A DNA stretch of 64,000 bases. Source: Utricularia gibba. Taxonomy: Eukaryota > Plantae > Magnoliophyta. Below the pieces are notes generated by a model, which had not been told where the DNA came from, made no database searches, and saw only the letters and a list, made by a program, of their open reading frames with translations. The position numbers and the translations under genes are program-made. Positions 52,919 through 64,000 of the stretch are shown here, in pieces; position 1 is the stretch's first letter; every line of letters begins with the position of its first letter. The stretch is from positions 1,550,001-1,614,000 of the forward strand of contig CM007991.1 in assembly GCA_002189035.1 (NCBI GenBank), given 5' to 3'.

Positions 52919-55422
52919 TCAGCAAGCACAGGCTGAAGACCTACCAACAGATGATCTCTGCTGCTGGTGCTGATAATTCTGGCAGGCCTGAGCTTTATGC
53001 TTCAGCTCCTGAAATGCCTTCATCGTCTCCACATCAAATCCACCCGCAAACTGCAAGGATCGACAACCAGATAACAGAGGATTCTTGATCTCATCAACAG
53101 AAGGCGGAGGCGGCCCACCTCAGTTCACATGATGCTTGTAGCGTACCTGATGCACACGAAAGGCGAATTTGACGGCTTGCACAATGAGCTCCTCCTCCTC
53201 GGGACCACCGGCTCCTTGCAGCCCGAGCTCAGCCGATACACGTTTCATGTACTTCATCGCTAGCTTCACCGATGCCAGCTTCATCTGCGGTGTGGTGACC
53301 ACACAAGTCCTTGTCTCAAATCCAGGTAACTTGCATCAAGATAACTCTACTTCAAAGCAGCAGCTTTTTTTTTTTTTCTTTTTTTTTTACCTGGCTGACG
53401 TAGCCTGTGTCCAGCATCCAGTTCATGGGTATTCTGAACGACTGGTATCGTCTCGAGGCGGATTCCCTCATCCGAGACAAGTTGTAGACGCCGTGCTCCA
53501 ATCTGGGAGAGCAAAAACAAGAGAGGAAACTTGATTTATCGCATTAGACACCATCTGCAGCTATGTGTTTCGGGTTAAAACCAGCATTACTTGTCAAACA
53601 GGGATTGCATTTTCTTGAGAGCCGCTCCGCAAGGCTGCCGGGGATCGTCGTGGAAGGACCACGCCTCCGATTCGAGTTTCTTCAGATCACTGTACCCGAA
53701 TGCAGCTTCTCTCAGGGCGTCAGCCTTCTGCTCTGGCCAGTTGAAGTGCTTTAGCACTGCCCTCTCATCAACCTGTGCAACATCATGAATGAATACACAG
53801 TGCTGGTGCATGGTCTGGATCATCTTCAAGAAATGTTACCAGGAAGGAGAGTTCATCGTCAAGCCATTTCACAAATGGAACGACGTCTTCTATGTCTGCA
53901 AATGCAGCATCCTCGACTTCTTTGATCAGGAACTTGATGAATTCTCCCTGGGTTTCTACATCTGTCTTGATCTAAAAACAACAAGATGAGCTGAATCTTC
54001 ATGGAAACAGCCTCGTGGCTACACAGAGAATATTCGTTCATGAAGATTTGATTTTGATTTGAAATCATGGGATCATAAATGGGAAAAAGAGGTTCTAAGG
54101 AATATTTTTGAGGAGGTGAGAATTTGAAATGAGTGTGACTTGACAGGGAGGGAAAACTGTATGGTAGGTAACATTCATGAGATGAACAGAATAAAACTTA
54201 CCGCTAGTAAATATGCAGAACGGTTCTCAATTTCTCCGATCATATCCTTGGCTACGGCTCCGGCGGCCGGAGCATCAGATGCGGGGCCTCCTGCGCCGTT
54301 GTCCCTCCGAAAACTGCTATCCCTTTTCATTAATGAATGGTAGAACTCGACGACTTCGGGAACTCTCCGGACCTTGGCTTGGTTGGCTTTCGAGGGGCCC
54401 TTGGGAGGAGGTGGTGGCGGCGGTGGTCCAGAAGCCACGTTCGCAGGTAGCGGCGGTGGTGGTGGAGGGGCTGATGATTTAGCTGTAGGCGGGGGTGGAG
54501 GAGTAGGTACCGGAGAGGGTGGAATGTTGGAGATTTCCGTCAACGCCCGGTCCGTGGAGTCGGCTGAGGAAGAAGCTGAAGTTAGCAGAGATGAAGAAGA
54601 GGATGGTGAAAAAGATGAGATGCTGGACGCCGACGGCCGCGGCGGCGGCCGGGGAATACGAGGAGCGCGTGATTTCATCTCCAGCAACGCATCTGGAATT
54701 TCCGCCAGAACATTGGGCTCCACTTTTTTTAATTCAGGTTCGATCTTCACGGTGCCACTTCCATTTTCCGGTGGATGTACAGGGGCGGTGGTTTGAGTGA
54801 CGAATTTTTTTGAAGACTTGGCAGCAGAGAAACTGGATTTGTTGATCTGGGTCATTGAAGAAGATGACGCTTCCTCCTCCTGCTCTTCTTGCTCTCTCTC
54901 AGCAACTGCTCTTTTAATGTTCGATAGCTCAGATTGCATACATCTAATTCTCTCTTGATATTTCGAGTTCAATTTGGACAACTCCATGTGCAGAAACTCA
55001 TTCTCTTGCCGGAGAAGTTCATGCTCCTTTTCCAAGCACTCCAATTTCTTCTTATTCCTCGCAATCTCGGATTCCTTGTTCGATATCTCTGTCTCAAGAA
55101 CAGGAACAATGGCAGCCGATTCCTTGAGTAATTTCTGCTCCAGAAGCTCCGTCTTTAACCTCGATTCCCTCTCCCGAAGCTCCTCCACGACTCGCAGAAG
55201 CTCGGCGACATTATCCGGTGGCCGTGGCCGTACCTGCGACAAAGACCGAGGGAAATGACCTCCAAACGGCCGTGAAAAAGCAGCCCCCCCACCGGATCCC
55301 TTCTTCTCCGATTTGGGCTTCGCGGGAACAGGCTGTTTCAGCGAACCCATTTCGCCATTCATCTTCACCCCAGACGGCGACCTCTGTAATCCCATCGCCG
55401 TCCTCACTTTCCCGGCCACCAT
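52919..55422 (-). CDS. CHUP1-like microtubule-associated protein (IPGA1-like), multi-exon
   Basis: MVAGKVRTAMG, coiled coil, proline-rich region, RRVPEVVEFYHSLM, MIGEIENRS, WLDDELSFL|VDERAVLKHFNWPEQKADALREAA, FAFRVHQ|FAGGFD. Confidence 0.9.
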
Positions 55423-57101
55423 CAACCCCCCCGCAGAACCCCGAAAGTGGACAAAATCGTATCACTCTCCAGCTAACTGTAAACGCTCTCACCCTTCGAA
55501 ATTGTCCCAAATGCAGAACAAAACAAAACGCAGAATCGAGAGAGAGAACACTCGGAGAAGATGAGGAAAGAAAGAAAAACGGTCCTCTGAGTTGGTAGTC
55601 CCAACTTTATACCGTACACAGTGAAAATTTGAACTCTCACCTTCCTCCAACTTCCACTTGAAGGGTATCCTCATAATAACAGAATCTTAGATTACTACAC
55701 GCAACTGCACAAAATTCATACCATCCTGCCCCCACCCTATCATAATTTTATCTAAAATAAACCAATAAAAATGACATTATAATATCAGGAATTATAACTC
55801 TAAGTTGGCATTTAATAATTTGTTTTCATTATTTAATTACCTTCGTATAACTAATCATTTATATTTGATAGTTCAATTTAATAATATCAAAATATGTTTG
55901 ATAGAATAATCTAATTTTTAAATATATTTATCAAATAATGATATATAAAATCGAAGTATTAAATAAATTTTAATTTTAATCATACAATATGTATTTATAT
56001 ACATACAAATAACTCAAATACATTATTAATGAAACTAACACATCCTAATTCTCTACTAATCACTTTCTAAAATAAAGAGGTGCTACAAAAACGCAGAAGC
56101 AATAATAGTAGAGCAATTAATACCTACGAGAAATATTATTTTTTATGTGATTTATAATATTTAGGGAAAAAATTAAAGATTAAAAACTCCCCAACGGTCA
56201 TATCCTTGGTATTCTATTCCTTCAATAATTCGCCCTACTTGTCCGAACTCGGGGCGGCGGTTCTCCTCAAATGATTAAAAATAACCAAGAAATTGTCGGT
56301 GGTGATTATGTGTTTATTATTATTATTTTTATATCAAGAAATTAATATTTAATGTGATTATTTTTTGTCACATATATATCATTAATTTTGTGAATAATTC
56401 CATGGGATTGGATGGGATGTAATAATGTGGGAGTGTGATGAGATAAGATGGGGATAATACCCAATCACATGCTCCACTTCCTGCTACTGCAAACCTAAGC
56501 ATCCTCTAAGGGATATGTCTCCGCATTCTCGTGAATCTGAATAAAGGCAGGTGATTCACATGAATGCCTTGCTTTTCTTACATGAGAAGCATGTAATTAA
56601 TTACCATAACCATGGATTCCTTAAATTATGGTCATTAATTAAGATAAAATGGGTATAAGAAGTTTAAAAATATCTTATCAAACTAAATATAATGCCTACA
56701 AGACCAACTGTAAGTGGCTACATTTAAAATCTTTGGACATGGATGATTGTTTAATTGAAAAATGAGAATATAAAATAAAATGCATTATTATTATTATTGT
56801 TATTATTATATTGAGAGTGAAAGGTGGAGGAGTGTAATATTGGGAGGCAGACAGACAGAAGTATGGTGAAAGGGAGAGAAGAGGAATGTCTGAGCACCTT
56901 GTCCGAAACCCGAATCGCTCCCCCATCGCCCCCATTAATGCACAGCACTTACTAGTTACTTCAACTACTCAATAATAATGATAATTATTGTAATAAATAA
57001 ATAAACTTTTTTTGTATTGGGCTTCTATCGGTCCACTGGGCAAGTAATCTACTTGGGCCAGCCGGTTCTTGAATTTGGTCCATGCTGGCATCCACGGGGC
57101 G

Positions 57102-57206
57102 CCACGTCAGCATGCGGGTTCGCACTGAAGGGCGCGCCGCGGGGTTAACTCGTGCCAGTCCTTGGAAACACGCGTTCTTATGTTGCCAATTACAAGTCGA
57201 CACGTG
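57102..57206. promoter_or_regulatory. ACGT-core bZIP/ABRE-type sites upstream of DGAT3
   Basis: CCACGTCA at 57102-57109 and ACACGTGG (G-box 57201-57206). Motif match only. Confidence 0.4.
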
Positions 57207-57301
57207 GGGAGACTCTTATCCGCACATGTTGCCTAACGTAGGGGATCTTTTTTTCGATCTCTGTGTGTTTGGGGAAGAAGCGGTTTGGATTCACGGGAGC
57301 C

Positions 57302-58641
57302 ATGGAAGCCATCAATGTGGCCTTGACGCAGCCTCTGCGTTTCCGATCTTCGATCTACGGCGCCCTTTCGTCCAACTCCAAGGAACATGGAGCGATTTGG
57401 GGGATAGGGTTTCCATGCCGGAGGAGGGGCCAGGTTCGGATCCTCGCGCCGGGTTTCCGCGATCAGGGTCATGTTGACTATTACGGTTCTTCCTCCTCCG
57501 CGAGGAAGATGAATTCGGTAGTCTGCGCTGGCGGAATTGAGAAAATCGTGGCGGATGCGAAGAAAGGTAAGAAGAAGCAGATGAAGTTGCTCAAGGGGAT
57601 TTCCAAGGAGTTGCTAACCCTTTCCCAGATTAGTTTCGAGAATGAATCTGGCGCCGATCATCACAGCAAAGGCCATATAATCTCGGTTCGATCCAAGCCC
57701 TCCTTAGAATTCTTGTTTGCTTCATCCTCTATGTCGAATTGCACTTCTTCCAAATGGAAAAATTCTAAATCTCCTTTCCGCAGGAAGCTGCTGAACTTCT
57801 CTTGGAGCAATTACAAAAGCTGAAGGCGAGTGAATCATCTTCTCCATCAGAATCGAGCGACGGTGAATGCGCTGGTTCTGCAGATCCAGTTTCAGTTATA
57901 CAACCCATTCTGTCAATTCCTCTCTGCAACCCGGAGATGGATTCTGGGATTGGTTCCAAAGAGCAGCAAAAGGAGAAGCTTTTTGGTGAAGAAGAAAAGA
58001 CAACATTTGATAACATGGCAATTGTTGATGGTTCCAGGAAGTGTGGGAAGAAGGACGAAAAGATTAGATCAAAGGCGAGCAAGAAGTTACAGAGAAATGT
58101 TACTTGTGAAACTTCTAGTTCCAGTTCTTCGTCGGAGTCCAGCGATAGTGAATGTGATGAGGTTGTGGACTTGGAGAACCTCAGGCTTGGGCAGATTCAA
58201 CAAAACATTAAACCACAAGAGGCTCCCACTCCGATCATTGAGACCGCGGCTTCGTTTCAATCAAAACTCTATGAACCAAAGCCACTGGCTCTCCTTCCCA
58301 CATTGGGCACAGAGAACAGACCTAAGGTACAAAAGCAGGAAGACATTGGGAAAGACCCTGGCAGCTTGGGAGGGGTTAATTCTACAAAAATAGAAGTATG
58401 TATGGGGGGAAAATGCAAGAAATCAGGCGCAGGAGCCCTGCTGGAAGAATTTCAGAGGGTTGTGGGCATTGAAGGTGAGGTCACTGGTTGCAAATGCATG
58501 GGGAAATGCAAAGAGGGACCAAACGTAAAGGTAGATGAAAATTCTCTTTGCATGGGTGTTGGTATAGAAGATGTGGGCGTTATAGTGACCAATTTCTTGG
58601 GTAAAAATGAAGATCAACTCGGGTTTGCTACTTCTGGTTAG
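57302..58641 (+). CDS. DGAT3: soluble diacylglycerol acyltransferase 3 with C-terminal thioredoxin-like [2Fe-2S] domain; exons 57302-57685, 57784-58641
   Basis: GFRDQGHVDYY, KKKQMKLLKGISKEL, EAAELLLEQLQKLK, IEVCMGGKCKKSGAGALLEEFQR..CKCMGKCKEGPNV. Confidence 0.9.
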
Positions 58642-58952
58642 AACTTCATATCTGCAGCAAAATACGTGAGACAAATCCAGCAAGGAGACCAAGTTCTATC
58701 ACATATGCATTTAGATTGAAGATATGTCTATCATATGTAATCTTCCATGCGTTATCTATGTTTTATAGACTACCCAAGCACATGGTACTAATAAGATGCT
58801 ACTGAAAATTCCACAGAAGGGTATTATATAAATGCAAACTTGAAACACTGCAACGTCAAAAGTAGTATCAAGGTATGCCAAGTTGGAAACTAATAAGCTG
58901 AATACTTGACACCAGCTCATCTCTGAAATTCGAGAATCAAGAGATGCCGACA

Positions 58953-60301
58953 TCACTTACGGGCCTCTATCTTTTTCTGCTCCTTGGCTGCGGAAAGAAT
59001 GAGGATAACGGGAAGGCTAGTAAGGAACTAAACAAAAGGTAAAGAAAAGAGATAGGTGGCAAATAATGGCTGATTACCAGCTTTTTCCTCTTCCCGTTTC
59101 TTTGCAGCATCTGCTCTCTGCTGGCGTATGAGGGCCAAACGCTCTGCAGTTTTGTGGAAAACAAACAATTGATGAAAAATACAAAGAAGCTAAAGAAATA
59201 AGATGAATGTTCAAACGTAAGATCAGCAATTATCAAGTCCCGATGAATTACCTAAATCCTTTCTTGCTTGTTCTGTCTTTCCCTGTTCTTGCAGCCGCAT
59301 GAACCTTTCATGAGCTCTCTGCTTCTCAATCTCCTCTCTGTTAACATCAACACATAATGCACATATGAGGTAAACCAAAAGAGGATCATAGAGAATTTAA
59401 AATTTGATATTTCTTTCTTAAACCAAACATAATGTAGGAAGAAGAAATTGCAACGCAGGAAAATAATCAAACCTCTCGCGTCTTGAAAGCTCTGTTGTTT
59501 TCTCCAGCTGAAAAAAAAAAAATACACAGTAGGTATGAAAGATTTAAAGGGAAGGCAAGAAAACATAGTTATTGTTTCTAACATCGACATCTCTTGCTTT
59601 CAAGTTCTTCGGTTTTGCCAAGTTTGGATTTTCGATCTGAATGACACCTTCAGCACCCTTCACTTTCTGGAAATCAGATAAAAAAGACCGAACGTCCGAG
59701 CCAATGAGACAACAAAATAAATAAAAGAAAGTGAATTAACAAGATTGTTAATCCAAGAGCTACATCATGATTTCACTGACTTCAGGTTCTTCTTCGGAAT
59801 CCTCTTCTGACTCTTCCTCAAACGTCTCTTCCTCCTCCTGCACCTCAGCTACTTCCTGATATGAAATGACTTAGCATCATCAAGAGAGCAAGAAAAAAAG
59901 GCACTTTCATTTAACATCCCGAAAAAAAAAAACTAGAAAACACTCTAAAATTCGCATACCAATAAGAATCACACTTAAATATAACCAAGGAAAAAAAAAA
60001 ACTTACCTTCTTGAAGGTACGAGGACGATTAGCGGAGGTGCCCGCCACTGAAAATCAGGGCAAAGGAATAAAGAACAAAACTCAGTATACTAGAAAAAAA
60101 AGCCCAATCAGAATCATTACCAGACTACTACAACAATACAGATTCCGCAATCCGAATTACCATCTCCCAAATCATACGTCAATTTTGATCCAAATATTGA
60201 AACAAGAGAAAACAAATTGAGGAATCAATCATACTCATTTCTTCAGGAGTGGAGAACTGGCGACGCCCGGTGGGCTTCCCCTTGAACTTCCCTCTTCCCA
60301 T
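58953..60301 (-). CDS. PDAP1: 28 kDa heat- and acid-stable phosphoprotein (PDAP1-like), 8 exons
   Basis: [75 protein letters not shown]. Confidence 0.9.
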
Positions 60302-61703
60302 TTCTTCGAGCTCCGCCTGATTTCTTTCTCCTCTCCTTAGATTCCAAGATTTCCCCCTTCAAGAAGCCCTAACTTCAATACTAACCCCACCCTCCACTCA
60401 AAAGAATATTTTTTTTATTTCTTTCATAAACTTCAAACACATTTTTTCGTTGCCCCATTAAAAAAAATTCTTTTATTTTTCACTTAATCACCCACCAATC
60501 ACCTTCATACCTTTTTTTAGAAAAAGAGTAATAATTATTCCAAATGAACACCAATTTTGTTCCTTGTGGAGAGTGAAAGTTAACATTTTTACATTAAAGT
60601 TTTCATTTTTAGTAAAATTGGATTAAATAAGAATAAGGAGTGAACTGGTTTTTATGTTTAATTTAAAGTATCATTTTATTAGTTAAAATAATTTTATAGA
60701 TACAATGATAAAATACTATATCGAACATACATTAAAAACTACAAATAATATTTAATTTTAGTTCAATAATACCCATTACCAAACGGCCCACTTAAAAAAC
60801 CGGGCTTGACAAACACCACTTGGGCTTTCATTTTTATGCATTTTTAATATATATACCATATATTAAATTTAATAATAATTTAATCTATTAAACATATACT
60901 ACGTAATTTAATATTTTGAAATTTATAATATATCCTTACATTATCTTATAAAATATTTTTATAATATTGAAATTGATTTTACTTTTAATAATGCTGAGTA
61001 CAATTTAAAATTACAGAACATGCTCTTAAAATAACTTAAATCTAGGAGGTAATTACAAGCCGCAATGTCAATTTCAGTTATTAGGCTACATCTCCCATGC
61101 GCCAACTCCCCCTTGGAGCATTAACTATGAAATAATGCAAGATTTCATAGGATCAAAACTAATTGTATCTTAAATACTTTTAACACTGTTGATGAAATAA
61201 TTATTTTAATAAGTATAGTTGATGTTATGATTAAGAGTATGAGTACATGGACTTGTCATGGTCACGAGGTCGCATGTTGTGCGTAACATGATTGAATTCC
61301 AGTTATGCCCTCGGGGGACACGTTTTAAAAGTGAGTTCCTTTATAAAAATAGTATATGGTTGTCATACAAATCTGATGACGTGGCCACAATTAATTGTGT
61401 AGTGAATAATCAAAGGCGCGTAACCCTGCCCCTTTTAGAAGGGAACCAACACCCTAGGAGTAGGGCGTAGGCTTCCAGATACTTCTTCTAGTTCTGGTTT
61501 TTTTTTCCTATTTAATTATTATTTTTTAATATATTGGTAAAATACGTAACGTTTAACGGTGGAGGGGTGTCACATCACATCACTCTCGTCTGTGAGGCCA
61601 ATTAATCAATTATTTACTATAACTAACACTAAGTGGGCCCCACGCAGTCGCCGCTCAACCCTCATTAATCCGACGTCGTTTCCTCGAATCTTCCGCAACA
61701 GCG

Positions 61704-61758
61704 TGACGTCATTTGCACAGCTGTGATGTGCATCGTTACATCACCGCCGTTGACGTTA
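61704..61758. promoter_or_regulatory. TGACG / as-1-like TGA-factor sites upstream of the glutaredoxin
   Basis: TGACGTCA 61704-61711, TGATGTAA-like half site (TTACATCA on plus), TGACG 61751-61755; TA-rich box near 61785. Confidence 0.55.
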
Positions 61759-61842
61759 CATCGTCTGCTTTTGTTTTCCTCGTCTTTAAATAATTCTTTT
61801 CCCAACTCGGCGGCTTCTCAAAATTCACCGCCGTCCCGGACC

Positions 61843-62238
61843 ATGCAACAGCAAGCGTTTTACCGATCAGCCGCCGCCGCCGACGATCCAGAAACGGATG
61901 ACGTGGCGGGCTCCAGAAAGTTGTCGGAGATCGGGAAACTGGTGGCTGAGAATGCGGTGGTGGTGTTCGCGCGGCGGGGATGCTGCATGTGCCATGTGGT
62001 GAAGCTGCTGCTACAGGGACACGGTGTCAGCCCTTTGATCTTTGAAGTCGATGAGAAGAAGGAAGGTGGCGTTGCTTCTGAACTCTCGACGATCGGCGGG
62101 TTGGGACGACAACCGCCGCGGCTCCCGGTGGTGTTCGTCGGCGGCGAGATGTTCGGTGGACTCGAAGAACTCATGGCCGCTCATATTTCCGGCGAACTCG
62201 TGCCCAAGTTGAGACAAGCCAAAGCTTTGTGGCTTTAG
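61843..62238 (+). CDS. CC-type glutaredoxin (ROXY; GRXC9/ROXY19-like), intronless
   Basis: Active site CCMC, LPVVFVGG, AAHISGELVP and terminal ALWL motif. Confidence 0.94.
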   Translation: MQQQAFYRSAAAADDPETDDVAGSRKLSEIGKLVAENAVVVFARRGCCMCHVVKLLLQGHGVSPLIFEVDEKKEGGVASELSTIGGLGRQPPRLPVVFVGGEMFGGLEELMAAHISGELVPKLRQAKALWL

Positions 62239-63434
62239 AGAAATAACTTTTTCACACTCCGGCGCCACAGCGCACCGCCATCTCCGATGATGATGAAAAC
62301 CAATTAATTTCCTTCCAAGATACACTCTTAAGCACCACGTTATTTTCTATTTTTAAGTAATCTATATATATATAAATATATAATTCTATATTAAATTTAT
62401 ATAGTTCATTTTATTTGAAAACAAATCAACACAATATTCTTATCGTAATTTGAAAACATGTTCACGGATTCATTTGGTACGACATTGATTAGTTAACAGG
62501 TTGTTCGAAAAAGACAGGTGTGCGCCTGTGCGGTCGGTGGAGTGGGTCCCAAAGGATGAGGCGCATCACACCCATTGTCAAATTACTTTTAACCCCCTAA
62601 TGGGCCGGGAATAGAGTGGCCCAGTAATCCCCTCTGCCGGCGGCCCAGCTTCCAATACTAAAAGCCGAATAGAGTCCTCTTTCTTATCCCCGTCCAACAC
62701 ATATGGACACTTCCCTTAATTGGGCCAAGCCTTTTTCTCTTGATGAAATATAAATTGGGATTCTGAAATTTTTTTAAAAATAAGGACAATTTCTATTTAT
62801 TTTTTATTTTTATTTAGTTGTATCACGTTGACTTCTGTGTCCAAGAGTGCTTTCTGTGTGGCGCATAATTGGGAATGCGTTGAGGAACCTCACTTGGGTA
62901 TTCTCCCCAAATACAACACATGGTTGGTTGTGGGTTTTAGGAGTTGATGGTAACCCATCATGTGGGATGGCGCCCACTGCCCAGCAGTGCGAGTAGTGAG
63001 TGATGGGGATTTCAAAATAGCCCGGCAGTTGATCGGCATAAATTCGACGAGTGGCTTCCGTGTGTGTCCTGCCGACTAGGAACCCCTCCCTATCGTCTTC
63101 CACTCCTCGCCAAAGGAAAACAAGCACAGGAATTCAGACTCCCTCCCCAATTTCACGTTTTCCCATTTCCGTGGCACGAGCTGATCAAATCACCCTTCCT
63201 TCTTGCAGTCTCTGGAAAGTGGAAACTCGAATGGGTGAGAATGAAGCAGTACTGCAGCCGGGGATGTGGATTTCTGCTGCCTATCGCTGGTCCCAGTACC
63301 AGTCCTAGTGATGATGATTTGTGAGGCGAGGTTGGGGTGGGTGGGCCTGTTGGCCCATTTCTGCACTGCACCTAGTGTGCTTTGGCCCACTCCATTCATT
63401 AAATGCCTCGAATATGAACTGAACCCCCATCCCG

Positions 63435-63452
63435 CCCCCCCCCCCCCCCCCC
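63435..63452. repeat. C18 homopolymer
   Basis: Read directly; exact length is uncertain in this assembly. Confidence 0.8.
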
Positions 63453-64000
63453 ATTCATTATTATTATTATTAATAATAAATTGAGGATTATCATCATTCT
63501 CTCTCTTATAGAAAAAACGATGAACAATTTATATGATTAGTTGTTGGTTTCCGTCTTCTATCGTAAAAATTTCGTCACCTAAAACGATTGGATCATGATT
63601 TTTTGATCATTTGAAAAAACAATAATTAAGCTGATTATTCGTGAATTGCTATGGATTAGGACAACTATACCCCTCAAAATATTCATAGGACAAGTAAATA
63701 TGTGGGGACAAGATAAGCGTAATGTCCCACGAGTAAGAAAATGTCTTAATCTAGCTACACAAGTGTCCCACGTGACACATAATGTTGTGTTAACCACCGA
63801 CCCCACAGGGCACGGACTTGTGTCTTATTTTCTTAGAAATGTAATTACTAAAATACGTGGAAATGGAACACGACATAGTTTGCGGCGAAATTGGAATGCA
63901 TTAAATTCGAATCTAAATTCATCATTATAATAATACAAAAAACGAATAAAAGGTAATTTTTGATTTTATTCCTTTCGGTGTAGTGAAAGGGGTGGAAGTT

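Overview
Gene-dense eudicot (plant) nuclear DNA: about 24 protein-coding loci (one a pseudogene) plus two microRNA genes in 64 kb, mostly with short introns. In order: alpha-tubulin 3' end, GPI-anchored LTP, PRP18 pseudogene, remorin, HECATE-like bHLH, BOI/BRG-like RING, L-asparaginase, a hAT-like MITE, cyclin D3, RSS3-like, LRR pseudokinase, DEAR/RAP2.1-like DREB, UBTD, an unknown plant protein, two MIR399 genes, RING-CH E3, TIC56, BIN2-like GSK3, DOG1-like, DUF4228, Ole e 1-like, DUF676 lipase, IPGA1/CHUP1-like, DGAT3, PDAP1 and a CC-type glutaredoxin. The most notable element, invisible to the ORF track, is a head-to-head pair of MIR399 hairpins (35.9 kb minus, 37.0 kb plus) sharing a spacer with seven P1BS (GNATATNC) phosphate-starvation elements; the plus-strand hairpin has a decayed miR399-like segment just upstream and converges on a RING-CH gene. 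Five otherwise intact genes carry single-base deletions in short homopolymers, most likely long-read assembly errors. All gene identities come from recalled family motifs and manual splicing, not database searches.
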